Positions 13,135-25,615 of a stretch of 64,000 nt of DNA are shown here, piece after piece. The stretch is from Mobula hypostoma (taxonomy: Eukaryota). A model generated the notes under the pieces. The model was not told where the DNA came from. It was given only the letters and a program-made list of their open reading frames with translations, and did no database searches. Where the stretch lies: positions 68,636,001-68,700,000 of the forward strand of contig NC_086108.1 in assembly GCF_963921235.1 (NCBI RefSeq), in the 5' to 3' direction. Numbering within the stretch: position 1 is the stretch's first letter; the number at the start of each line of letters is the position of its first letter. The translations under genes and the position numbers were made by a program.

Positions 13135-14321
13135 GGGTGGGGGAAGGGCGGGGGTGTGGGGGCTGCTATTTGTAGTTGCCAAGTAGCTTATCAGATTTAC
13201 AGCTCCAGCAGGAATGCAAGAGGTTATGGTAAAGACAAAACAAGACAACAAAACTCGAAATTCATTATCCGGAGTTCAGCATATCACACCTGGGTAGCTA
13301 TTAACTTAACTAATGCGAATTTTTCGGTAATTAGGCAAACAACCGAGTGTATATAATACATAAATCATAAAACTACATTTCCAAGAAAAAAAGATGTCCA
13401 AAAGACGATTGTCAATCCAACATCTCGGTAGAAAATTCTACGCATTGTTCCGATATTCAATACGTTTCTCGAGGGTGTTTATACTACGCATTTGTTACTT
13501 CAAGAATGAAATAAATATTTTTAAATTGTATGAAATGTGTAAATTGTTATTTCTAATCTATCATGCAGAGCTAGACTCTTTTGGTTGCAATAGACTTCCT
13601 CCATAGTTGTCCGTGCATTTTCTTTGATATGTGTGCTGTTAATTTTACGAATATTAGTGTATGAATGAGAATATAAACTTTCTCTCCATTAAGATGTTGG
13701 CTTCCGGTGGGAGCTCGGTAATTGTTAAACTGAAATGAAAAAATAGGGTTCGGATACCCCAGCGTGTTGACTTGTCCAGTATTTAATTAAAATACCAACA
13801 ATTTCTTGGTAATTAATTAGATAAGGTACAAACAAAGGTAAACACTAGGTACAATTTTACTGTTGATATTTAACATTTGAAAGTAGATTGCAAATAGAAA
13901 AATAAACTTTCTCCACTGTTAAGAGAAAAAAGGATCGCTTGCAGTGAAGCTGCGAATCGTAAACGTTCCTCTCCTCGTCAATTGTTTTGTTATCAATTGA
14001 AACTTTGGTGAAGTATCTATTAAATATAAGCGAGCTAGCGTTTTAAGTGTGCGCGTGGAATTAGTGGACGGTTTATAGATATAAAAAAAAAGTCGGATTC
14101 CCGGAGAAAACAAAGTAAATAAAAATTCTATGGAGCTATTGTTTTAACTATAGCATCTGCATCAAAGTGTAATCACTATGATATGTAAGGCCAGACATTT
14201 TGCAGATATAAACTTAACAACGTGGCCCATAGTTTCTATTCGGCGAGATATAGAAAAGTACATAGAAAACATTGGCCTTTTCATAACCCGCTGTTCATAT
14301 TTTTAATATATCCAAATATAT

Positions 14322-14468
14322 AGAATTGGCTCTCATTTCAGAAAGTCTGCAATGATTCCTACGCAAAACATTAAAATGTCAAACCGACTGTATTTAACCA
14401 GAGCGGACAGACCAGCGGAACAATTTGCTACGTGGCAACCAGGCATATTGGACTTGCGTCGTTTTTTG
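14322..14468 (+). repeat. Diverged local duplicate, copy A (pairs with 19018-19157)
   Basis: Shares the colinear blocks TTGGCTCT, GTCTGCAA, ATTAAAATGTCAAA.CGACTGTATTTAAC.AGAGCG.ACAGACCA and TTGCTACGTGGCA with copy B. Confidence 0.85.
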
Positions 14469-16799
14469 AGAGGACAATTTCCAACTTCATAAAACTGTCA
14501 GTTCATGGGAAAAAACGTGATTATATAAGAAATGTTAAAAAATAAAATTCCAGAATCTGTACGAAATGGAAATTCTGTTAACCCACATATCTTCTTTCAA
14601 CTTCTATTACAAACTGTAAACGTTGTATCCATTTAACAACTCATTTTACACAGTGCGAGGATATTTAACAACGTATTTACATCACTTTCCTCATATGAAC
14701 ATCAAAGCTAAATCTATAAAGTTTAAAAAATATTTACTATTCAGATATTCAAACGACGTCCGCAAAAATACAGGAATGGTGAATTTAGAATCATTATGTA
14801 ACACGCAAACGAGATGCAAAGATGCATCAACAGAGACGCTAAAATAGGATTTAAGATTCAATCAGCCAACACATTTTTCTTGCAGCTCTTTTCGAACAAT
14901 ATTGAAAATTCATCAATATTTTTTCTTTAAATCTTGGACATTACTCGTTATAATTTATGTGAAATCACATTTTCATTCATATAATATGCCATTATATAAA
15001 TACCTAATACCATAACAACCAACTTGAAAGGTTTCATATTCCAACAGATATATATACTGTATAGCGATTAAATATAAAAGTAGATAATTTCACAATACTC
15101 TCTGCTATGTATGTATATGTTGCTGGCAGTGCCAATTGCTTACTTGGTGACATTTTCGATAAATAACTGTCTTGCCAAGTTAGACTTGATTTCCAGTGCT
15201 AAGTAACACCGATTTCCAATTTTCTCCTCGAACAACTCAATTAGTCACCACTGGCGTGTAATGAAACACACAGTTAACACGAGTTTAACAAACTTTTGCA
15301 GAGATGAATTATTATTTATTTTTTAACATGTAAATTGAATTTGTTAAATGATATTACAGTATTGGCAATAAGGGTCTCTTCTCAATGAATTCATTAGTTT
15401 AAAACTAAACTGACACTGCTAGTTACATCAAGTTATCATTATTTGTGAGACTCATGAGCATGACAGCAGAAGATAGCTGAATAAGTCTTCCCAAGAAGTT
15501 ATATTAAGATCTATTTCCTTTCTGACGCATGTTTACTGGTGATTTAATGCGTGTCGCATTATTACTGATTTAAGAACATGCGTGCGTGAAAATATGCCAT
15601 TTAAAAACAAGACCCGGCATCAGAACAGAAACTGCCTCGAGCTACTCATTAAAGCCGTGCGATTACTATTTTGTTAAATCTGTTGCTTGCGTTTATTCAC
15701 TTGGAAATATTAATTCACGAGTGCCGTTCACCAAATTCCAGGCTGTGATCTTTAAAGTGTTAAAAGACTGTCAGTCATCAAAGCACAAACTCCCAGACTT
15801 TAGTTACAACATGTGTACAGATGGCAGGGGTTGCAGAGTTTGATGAGCAAAGATCGTGGCTGTGCAAAGTAGACAATAAACAAAGAACAATAGGCTTCGA
15901 CCTTTTGATTAAAACTGCATACCAGAAGACAATACAAAAATGAATCTTAATTCCAAGTGTCGGTAATCATTCATGGCAATGCATTTAATCAGAAGTATTC
16001 AATCCTTCCATTTTCTTCACTTGGCACTTCTCTAAAACGAAAGAGAAATATAATTGTTTATTATTTTGATGTGGACTACAACTTCAACTAGAATACCGCC
16101 AAGAGAACAGTAATTGAATAAAGTCATCTCAGCGCAGTGACAAGACTTTCACCATGAAGCACCACGCAATTCCGAAGACACAAATTCAAAAGTTATGTTT
16201 TTTTAAAACCATGATTTAGCTCTTGCTTTAGAAACTCATCTGGTTTATGTTCTAACATTCCAGCTCATTAGCCTAACTTCCAGTCTCTCACCAGAGTCTG
16301 GCTGAGAAAGATGGCAAATTTCTCATTTCACAATAAAGTGGATGAACTGCTCTCTCTTGTATATTCATACCTAAGCAAATATTTCTTCATACTCAACATT
16401 TTTAAAATATTCATTAACACTTAACTGCATCTAATCCAATTATAAATCATTAAATTTTCCCTTGACAAATAAATGAACACAACAGCAGGGTTTAAGTAGA
16501 AACCTGTGTATTGAAATGGATAACTCAACTTTATCATTAGATTGACTAGAAGGACAGTGGTGACCCTGTACAGTGTTGAGTAAAACATAACAATTTCCAA
16601 TGTGCAAATACTTCAAGAGAGTACTCAGCTGCTGTGCACACCTCCAAAACTGCAACTAGTATCATTGTTTCCAGATTACTCATGCTCTTCCTCCTCACAA
16701 ATCAGATTTGTAGTGGAGTTCTGATCTTCCATAGATATTTGGTTCTCATCCAGAGAATCCATCATCCACAAAACACAAATCAAGAGTTTGGCAGAATTT

Positions 16800-17205
16800 T
16801 TTCCACCTGCTTGGATGAGATGAGTGCAGCTTCAGCAACTCTCCAGAAGCTCAACATCATCCAAGACAAAGCACCTATTTATTTAATGTCCCAACTCACA
16901 CTGCAAACATCCACTCCCTCTACCACTGGCATACAGTGTGTACCAGCTACAAAATGCAATGCAATGCAGTTGGTTACCAAGGCTATACCAACAGCACCTC
17001 CCAAGCGCATGGCCTCGATCACCAATGAAGACAAGTGCAGAGGCCTGTGGTTTGAAAGTTCCTCTCCAAGTTGCACACCATTCCAACTTGGAAGTATGTT
17101 TACCAGAAAGGCTGGAACTACTGAGAAAGGTGGCTCATCATTTTTAAGAGCAATTAGATGTGGATAATAAATGCTGAATTTAACTGCAATGTTCAGATCC
17201 ATAAA
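16800..17205 (+). mobile_element. 3' fragment of an L2/CR1-group LINE
   Basis: CTGCTTGGATGAG..TGCAGCT..CAACTCTCCAGAAGCTCAACATCATCCAAGACAAAGCA...AATAAATGCTG; same family as the 55.3-58.5 kb element. Confidence 0.75.
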
Positions 17206-17590
17206 TAATAATAACATCAAATATCTTTTCTGTTCATAGAGTTGTCCATACAAACAATTAGGCTATTATCAACTAAAAGAACTGATTGATTGTTGTAACT
17301 GCGGCAGCTACAACAATGGGCAATGAGTGCAATCACAATACAGTATATTTTGGAGGATACTTCTCACTTATCAAGGTTGATGGAATAGCTAGGGAACTTT
17401 ACACAGGTTATGATTACGGTTCTCGCTTACTTAGAAGCATGCAATAAATTTGTCAGTATATGTTTGGCAGAAAATCCAGTTTTTAAATGAAAACAGTGTC
17501 CATATTATACCAATTTCTATTAGCATGTTCTTACCTCTAATAGACATAAGGTTGCGTACCAGACCTATTGATTATCTCCGACGGTTTGTT

Positions 17591-18210
17591 TCATGGTGGC
17601 CGTCTGTCCTGTCAGATGAAGAAAGGAGACCCGTCGGGAGAGTTGTAAAAGTGGAAAAGCCGTTGCACTGAGGCGGTTCCACTCTCGACCTCGGAAGTCC
17701 GAGGCCAGCGGTACGAATAAGCGTCACAACTAAGGTCTTTCTTGGTTGGAGTGGATGACCATGCCTCGCGTCCTGCCCTTCCCTTTCCGCGCATCTTTGC
17801 CGAGCCGCCTAGTCACTGGATCTCACTGTAGATCTCATCCGCCCAGTGCGCCAGAGCTGACTTCACAAGCTAGGGCCGGCATGTCCCTATCTCCCCGGGG
17901 TATGAGGCCGCTGGCTTACCCTTACCTGGTTTAGCCCGCCTGTCGAAGCGGTGTACTGGGGAGTAGCCGCCTTCTCATGTTACTTTGGCTTCCATTTCCC
18001 CAACATTGCAACAGCGACTACATTGGAAATGTACATTATCGGACATAAATAAACTTCTTCTGGACTTCCCAAAGTTAACGTGATAGTAAATTCTAAGCTA
18101 CTTGGGCTGAGTGTCCGGTGAGGACCAACGGTGAGCAAGCGGCCCCGAAATGGACACAAACCCTTTCACCACAGGTGCTACCCCTCCTTGGACATCCCAT
18201 CCATCCTGTT
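17591..18210 (-). mobile_element. ORF-less RTE-derived non-autonomous element, interrupted at about 17980-18095
   Basis: The reverse complement aligns by eye with 49344-49864. The 5' part lies at 18210-18096 and the remainder at 17975-17591. Confidence 0.75.
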
Positions 18211-18469
18211 TTTGCATTACCTAAAACATGAGGTTTTGATTTACCACTTAGTGTTTAACATTCTTTCCACTGACTCTGAAGGTTGTGGGTGAAAGTCCTA
18301 CTCCATGGGTTGAGAACGTTAGACTTTTACATGAGAACGTACTTCACCGTTGGAGGTACTAGATTTCAGAAGAAATCTCTGCAGGATGGATGTAAAACAC
18401 CTCGTGATTTTTCAAAGAAGCAGAGAGGTTTGATGTATGATCAATATTTATAGTTCAGTAAAACAGTCG

Positions 18470-18617
18470 ATTTGATCGTTATCACGTCGCTGTTTGTGGG
18501 AGCTCCCTGTGTTGGCTACCATGTCCCCAACATTACAACAGCGACTACATTGGAAGAGTCTATCAATGGACATAAACCACTTCTTAACTTCCCGAAGTTG
18601 ATGTGATGATAAACTCC
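18470..18617 (+). mobile_element. Deu-domain (SacSINE1-like) SINE 3' remnant; sister copy at about 17985-18093
   Basis: ATCACGTCGCTGTTTGTGGGAGCT...TTGGCTACC...ACATTACAACAGCGACTACA matches the Deu-SINE tail as I recall it. Confidence 0.6.
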
Positions 18618-18632
18618 GTTGTCCCTTTATAA

Positions 18633-18968
18633 TAGAACATTGAACATAGAACATAGAATAGTACAGCACAGTACAGGCCCTTCGGCCCACAATGTTGTGC
18701 CAACCCTCAAACCCTGCCTCCCATATAAGCCCCCACCTTAAATTCCTCCATATACCTATCTAGTAGTCTCTTAAACTTCATCAGTGTATCTGCCTCCACC
18801 ACTGACTCAGGCAGTGCATTCCACGCACCAACCACTCTCTGAGTAAAAAACCTTCCTCTAATATCCCCCTTGAACTTCCCACCCCTTACCTTGAAGCCGT
18901 GTCCTCTTGTATCGAGCAGTGGTGCCCTGGGGAAGAGGCGCTGGCTATCCACTCTATCTATTCCTCTT
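18633..18968 (-). mobile_element. CR1 LINE 3' end
   Basis: ORF RLFPRAPLLDTRGHGFKVRGGKFKGDIRGRFFTQRVVGAWNALP is a CR1 ORF2 C-terminus; (TTCTATG)n tail at 18633-18660. Confidence 0.9.
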
Positions 18969-19017
18969 ACTAATATTGCTAAATCGTTACTAATATTGCT
19001 AATGAACTGAACTAGAC

Positions 19018-19157
19018 AGAGTTGGCTCTTACTTCAGGAGGTCTGCAAGGCTTCCAGTGTTGAAAATTAAAATGTCAAAACGACTGTATTTAACTAGAGC
19101 GCACAGACCAACAAAACCACTTGCTACGTGGCAGCCCGGTACAATGGACGGTTTTTT
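19018..19157 (+). repeat. Diverged local duplicate, copy B (pairs with 14322-14468)
   Basis: See copy A. Confidence 0.85.
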
Positions 19158-20374
19158 AAAATGAGTCCCCAAGCAAGTGCAAGATATTCTACGTTTACAC
19201 AAAATAGGCCTAGGAAACAAAGATAGAAGATACTGGCAAAAATTCTGTACTATAAAGGAATAATTCCATTTTATGTACTGGTAGTGGTGATTTTCGTATT
19301 TCATAAGATCTGTTGCAGTTTGCCACATTTATACAGAACTTTAGAAACTTTTTCCTTTGCCAGTATAATGTTCCAATTCATCATCCATGTGAAGAACTCA
19401 TAGGAATCATGTACTAAATGGTTTGCCACACTGAACTTGACTAAGCAGTTTCTTTGATGAACCAGGCAAGTGTAGTGACTTCGTAGCAAATTGTAAACTA
19501 ATACCTCGAAGATTTCTGAGTTAGCCACAAATGACTATACTCTGGTAATACCATCAAATACACAAATAATTCTCTGCTAGAAATGTAATTCTGAGTTCAC
19601 CCTTGAGCAGTTGATGGCCTAAGAAGGAACCTGCTTCCCAAAACCCCACCCCCACCCCACAAATATTAGAATCCATTGGTGATCATTTAAACTTCTTGCT
19701 GATACAATTGTGTGCTTTCAATCATTAATGGTACAAGTTGGCTAAATCAACATATCCTGATGTACCATTTTGTCAAGTAGATACTTCAACCAATAACCAG
19801 CTGTTAAATGCAAACAGGCTGTACAATATGGCCATTCTCATTGATTTCAGAAAGTCCTTGCATCTCCGTGACTGGAATAAGACCAGAAATTGCTATAATA
19901 CTCAATAAGCCAGAGAGTATCTGTGGAGAGAAAAACAAAATAATACTTCACATTGATGAAATTTCATTAGAAAATAGGTGATGTTTTATACCTTTATATG
20001 ATTAATTTCATATCCATGTTTTTTCTGATTTAGTGCAAACAGCATTGTATCCTTTTAATCAGTTTGCCCAGAGTAGCTTGCAATCAATTATGGAAATGCT
20101 GTCACCTTTTTATTTTTGTTGTATTCTTTAATACTTTGTACCTTGATATTTAGCGTAAATTTTGGCACTGATGATTACAGATGAAACTGATTTCTATTCT
20201 GGCAGTAATTCTTGTCTAATTCCTTTCGTTTCTTCATGGCCACAATAAAACATCGTTTTGTCTATGTACGAAGATCTTAGATGAAAACAATAGATTACAG
20301 GCACATCAAAATATGTTGGAGAAATGTGCTTGTGAGTAGCAGATATCTGTAAATATGAAGCAACACACATAGGA

Positions 20375-20500
20375 GGAAAGGTTACGGTCCAAAACATCGA
20401 CTGTTTATTTCCCTCCATAGATGCTGCCTTACCTGCTGAGTTCCTCCAATATTTTGTGTGTGTTGCTCAAGTTTTCCAGCATCTGCAGAATCTCGTGTGT
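20375..20500 (+). mobile_element. Penelope-like terminal-repeat fragment
   Basis: AAAACATCGACTGTTTATTTCCCTCCATAGATGCTGCCT.ACCTGCTGAGTTCCTCCA...CCAGCATCTGCAGAATCTC. Confidence 0.75.
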
Positions 20501-21359
20501 GTGTCTAAATAAGAATGTGTGTAGTGATTGTGACTTGGGCAGCAGTATTCACCCGTATACTTGTTTCATTGCAAAAGGTAAAATGTTAAAGCTTCCAGAG
20601 GTACAAAATAAAACAGAAAACTTGGAATACTTGGCAAGCGTGGCAGCTTATAGAGAAAGATACAGTTAACAGGTAGATCAATGGTCTTTCATTTGAAATG
20701 GAAAAGATTAGAGAAATATAAGTTTTAGAATAAAGGGAAGGGGAAAGAGAAGGGGAGACAGAAACAAATGAAAATATCTGCAATAGGTTGGAAAACAGTA
20801 GCGATTAAGCAATGAAAGGTACAAAGATGTAAGACAAAAGGAAATCGTAAAGGGACATAAGGAATCAAATGCTGGATGTAGAAAATCTGGAAATGGCAGA
20901 TGACAGCCAACGTACATTGGACAGTTGACCTACATTAAGCTCCACTGAAGATCTCAATGCCTAGTTTGCTGAGTGGAAAAAGATTCAGTGGATTGTAGTT
21001 CCTGATTCAAGTATTGCAAGGTTATTATAAAAGTACATAAGATGTTAGGATGTGTAACTTAGACAACTAAATATAAAACTAATGCAGTTGCTTTTCCGCA
21101 CAAGAATTTGGTCTGATTGGAATTCATTTCTGACCCACTCACATAGCGACTGAACAAAAATAATGGAAAAGTTCGTAGGCTTGCTTACTGCCTTGTTCGG
21201 ACAAAGAAGGAACTCATTCGGTCCATCATTTATCCTGGCTCCTGACTGAGCAGTCACATCAATCCCATTCCTGCTCTCTTTATTCCTCTGTACTCTCTGT
21301 AGTCCTCTATCGCATGCACCTTAAATTCCCTTTAATTCTTTATCCATTTGCCTACACCA

Positions 21360-21530
21360 AATAGCATTTGCAGTAGACCATTAATCTACCGGCAACTCTT
21401 TAGGATCTGGACGGAACTAGAATACCTGACAGAAACCATGCAGCCACAGAGAGAACAGGTAAACGTCACACAGACGATACCTAGATCGAACTCAGGTCCC
21501 TGGGGCTATTAAATGACTCAGTACTATACC
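21360..21530 (-). mobile_element. Decayed V-SINE (HE1-like)
   Basis: GAAACCATGCAGCCACAGAGAGAACAGGTAAAC.TCACACAGAC...GATCGAACTCAGGTCCCTGG is an antisense V-domain and tRNA-head pattern. Confidence 0.55.
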
Positions 21531-22674
21531 ATCCCTAACTAATCAATAAATATAATTCACCAAGACTAATGAAAGGGCTAGATACCCTCCAAGCCCATAG
21601 TTTTATTTATCTGAGCTGGACAAGTTCTAGAAACAGGAGAATGGTTATGTATACATGCTAACTTCATCTTGTAGAAATCTGTTTGTTTTGTTCATGCTTA
21701 TACAAGCATTTCCTTAATATTGCTCCCAATTTATGCATTCATTTGTGGCAGATTCAGCATCTGTTTGTCCTCCACTCCCCACATCATTATCCTGCACCTG
21801 TTAAATGTCAATGTAGGAACACAATTTACTTGCTGTTGTGTGATTCTCCTCTGCCATTTCACCACAATAGCATTTACTTTTCCTAATTCATCCTGGTAAT
21901 CTTCAGATATGATCCAACTCTACATATTTCAAAAGTCATTTTGTCAGGCACAAAACTGTTTATGAAATAATTTGGCATATGTGACTGTTGATATTTTTGT
22001 TGACATTTGCTTCCTTTTCTAGTTAAGTCCAACTACAATTTATTCATCTTCCATCTTGAAATGTTTATGAAAATCTACACCTGAATTGTTATTTCAATTT
22101 TCTTTTTTCTGAGACTCATTGACTTCCTCTGCATTTTAAATTTATTTGACTTCATGACAATATACTTTATGAAACTAGGTAATCACTTAAGTGACAGCAA
22201 ATTTAATTGAGTGTTCAAGTTCAATTACAAGTGTATTGTCATTCAACCTGACACATGTATACAGCTAAATGAAACAACATTCCTCTGAAACCAAGTGCAA
22301 GATATAGCACATATATCACAAAGAGCACATAAAAATACTAATTAATAATATTATCAGAAAAAAAAGTATTTTGTTACACAAGAGGAAACCACCTCCCTAA
22401 ATCCACTTTCAAGGTCACCCTTGATCTTAAGCATTAGGTTGATAAATCTTCTCTGAAATGGTCCTAATTTATTATCATTCTTCCTTAAATAAGGACACTC
22501 ATACTGAACACTGTACCCCAAAGTTGTCTCACCAGCACCCTATATAACTGAAGCATAACCCCCCTACTTTTGTATTCAATGACCTAGCAATAAACAATAA
22601 CACTGTTACTTTTCTAAATTTCTTTCAAAATGTGAATGTCTTCTTCACAATTGCTTTCCTACCTACCATCATTT

Positions 22675-23195
22675 CATCAGAATCAAGTTCATTACCATTG
22701 TATGTAGTGAAATTTGTTTTGTGGCAGCACTACAGTGCAGGACATAAAATCACTATAAGTTACAATAATACATACATAAACAAATAGTGCAAAAGAGGAA
22801 TAGTGAGGTGGTGTTGGTGGATTCATGGACCATTCAGAAATCTGATGGCAGAGGGGAAGAAGCTGTTCCTAAATTCCTGAATGTGGGATTTTAGACTCCT
22901 GTACCTCCACCCTGAGGGGAATAAGAAGAGGGTATGTCCCGGGTGGTGAGGGTCCTTAATGATGGATGCCATCTTCTTGAAACACAGCCTTTTCAAGACC
23001 TCCTCAATAATGGGGAGGGTTTGGACCATGATGGACCTGGCTAAGTCTATAATCTTCTGTAGTCTCTTTCAATCCTGTGCATTGGAGGCTCCATACCAGG
23101 CAGTGACACAAACAGATGGAATGCTTTCCAACATACATCTGTAGAAATTCACTAGAATCATCGGTGACATACCAAGTCTCCTCGATTTCCTAATG
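22675..23195 (-). mobile_element. Rex1/Babar-type LINE 3' fragment
   Basis: ORF KKMASIIKDPHHPGHTLFLFPSGWRYRSLKSH...FRNSFFPSAIRFLN is a DUF1891-type C-terminus. Confidence 0.8.
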
Positions 23196-23480
23196 ACATA
23201 TCAACAAATTTAACAACTATTTCTTCAGTGCTGTCATCCAAATCATTTACCTTTATTGTAAATTGATGAGGCTTCAGCATTGATCCCTGTGGCATGCCTC
23301 TTGGTAAATCTTGATTTATGCCTGTTTCCTGTTAGCCGGTCAGTCTTCCTGCTTTGCCAGCACTTCCACACCATGTTTTTTTTATCTTTCAGGATAACCT
23401 TTGATGCACACTTTATCAAATGTCTTTTGGAAATCTACATATAATGTGCAGAATGATCTGTCTGGATGGCATGCAAACAT

Positions 23481-24475
23481 AAACACAACAGATTCTGTAG
23501 ATGTTGGAAATCCAGAGCAACACACATAAAATGCTAGAGGAACTCAGCAGGTCAGGCAGCATCTGTGGAAATGAATAAACTGCTGATGTTTCAGACCAAA
23601 ACGCTTCATCAGGACTAGAAAGGAAGGGGGTCGGAACCAGAGTAAGAAGGTGGGGGGGGGGAAGGACAAGCTAGAAGGTGATAGATGATGCTAGGTGCAT
23701 GTGGAAGGGGGAATGAAGTAAGAAACTGGGAGGTGGTAAGTGGAAAATGTAAAGGGCTGAAGAAGAAGGGATCAGCTAGGAGAGGAGAGTGAACCATGGG
23801 AGAAAGGGAAAGAGGAGGGGCACCGGGGGAGGTAATAGGCAAGGAGGAGAAGAGGTAAGAGGCTAGAGTTGGGAATTGAAGAAGTGAGAAAGGGGGTGGG
23901 GATAAAATTACCTGAAGTTGGAGAAATCGATGTTCATGCCATCAGGTTGAATGTTATCTAGACGGAATATGAGGTGTTGCTCCTTCAACTTGAGAGTGGA
24001 ATCATCATAGCAGAAGTGGAGGCCCATGGACCAAAGTGTTGGAATGGAAATGGGAATGGGAATTGAAATGGCCACTGAGAAATTCCACCTTTTGCAAAAG
24101 GAGCAGAGGTGCTTGGTACAGCTGTCCCCTAGTCTATGTTGGGTCTCACCGCACCTGCCTATCAACTCCCCTGCCTCCCCTTCCTCCTTCCCTTTCTCCC
24201 ACAGTCCACTCTTCTCTCCTATCAGATTCCTTCTTGTCCAGCCCTTTACATTTTCCACCTATCATCTCCCAGCTTCTTAATTCATTCTCCCTCTCCCACC
24301 CACCTGGCTTTACCTATCACCTTCTAGCTTGTTGTCCTTCCCCCCACCTTCTTATTCTGGCATCTTCCCCTTTCCTTTCAGGTCCTGATGAAGGGTCTCA
24401 GCCCAAAATGTCAACATTATTCATTTCCATGGATGCTGCCTGACCTGCTGAGTTCCTTCAGCATTTTGTGTGTAT
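23481..24475 (-). mobile_element. Penelope-like element remnant (GIY-YIG end plus terminal repeat) with an inverted partial terminal repeat
   Basis: ORF 23908-24258 ends LKEQHLIFRLDNIQPDGMNIDFSNFR. The segment at about 24152-24475 is an inverted copy of about 23520-23845. Confidence 0.85.
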
Positions 24476-24689
24476 TGGCGTGCAAACAAAAACTTCTCAC
24501 TGTATCTTGGGGCCTGTGACATTAATAAATCAATTTCTAATTCCTGGTTTTCCCTTTATTAATAATTATTTTGTTATAAATTATGAGAATTGTGTTCTTG
24601 GAATTCAGATTAATAATTATTTTACCAAAGACTAAGATTAATAAGACCCAAAAGCAAAAAGAGAAATTTTCCATTAGTTGGGCCATGTA

Positions 24690-25050
24690 GGAATACCGAA
24701 CATAGAGTACAAAAAAATCACGGTTAGGTCTTTCAAAAGTGAAACAGCGAAAGAAGCAAAGGGTGGTGGAAGTTTAGAACTCTTCTGCAAACAGCAATTG
24801 GTGCCAGTTAATTGTTAATTCTAAATCTGAGATTGATAGTGTTTTGCTAGCTAAGGGATGTGGAGTCAGGTCAGAACTCGGCCATTAAATGTTGGAGCAA
24901 ACCTAAGGGAGAAAAGAGGCTCCTCCTATTCCTACATTCCTCTGATTCAATGAAGTCTGGAATGCAGCTGTTCAAGAAGGTGGCTCACTGGCACATTCTC
25001 AAGGGAAATAAATGCTAATCTTACTAATAATATCCACATCCCAGAAATGA
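24690..25050 (+). mobile_element. Adjacent decayed CR1 3' end and L2-type 3' end
   Basis: GGTGGTGGAAGTTTAGAACTC...GAGATTGATAG...CTCCTCCTATTCCTA followed by GTTCAAGAAGGTGGCTCA...AATAAATGCT...CCACATCCCA. Confidence 0.55.
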
Positions 25051-25189
25051 ATAACTAACAAAAAACAGGGTGGGGAGGGTAATTCAGTGGTGTATGATAA
25101 TCTAGACTTGGGCAGTATCTCCCATCATGTTTCTAACCTTATTGTTACCCCTCCATCATTGATTGGCTATTTATTCCACCGCTTATAAA

Positions 25190-25615
25190 ACCATAGGTCA
25201 CTGCAGCTCAGAAGCAGACCCTTCAGCCCATCTAGACAGTGGCAAACTGTTATTCACCTCGTTTCATCGAACTGCACCTGGACCATAGCTCTCCATACTC
25301 CTTCCATTCGTGTACTCATTTAAACTTCTCTTAAATGTTGAAATTGAACCCCCGTCCACAACTTCTAATTGCAGCTCATTCTCATTCTTACTACCCTCTG
25401 GGTGAAGAAGTTCCCCCTCATGTTTCCCTTAAACATTCAGCCTTTTACCTTTAACCCATGACCACTAGTTCTAGTCTCACCCACCCTCAGCGGTAAAAGG
25501 CCTGCTTGCATTAACCCCATCTATACCCCTCATAATTTGTATACTTCTAACAAATCTCCCCTCATTCCTCTATGCTTCAGGGAATGAAGTACTAACTTAT
25601 TCAACCTTTCATTAT
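25190..25615 (-). mobile_element. CR1 LINE 3' fragment
   Basis: Antisense CR1 motifs CCCTCTGGGTGAAGAAGTTCCCCCTC, TTAACCCATGACC and ATCTATACCCCTCATAATTTGTATAC. Confidence 0.75.

Noticed and set aside
13184..13195. TAGCTTATCAGA, identical to the first 12 nt of miR-21-5p
   Set aside because: The match stops after 12 nt and I see no pre-miRNA hairpin.
16634..17253. 177-aa and 124-aa ORFs
   Set aside because: They are read-through of a decayed LINE 3' fragment.
18967..19002. 16-bp direct repeat TTACTAATATTGCTAA, two copies
   Set aside because: A small tandem duplication at a CR1 5' junction; not an array and not CRISPR-like.
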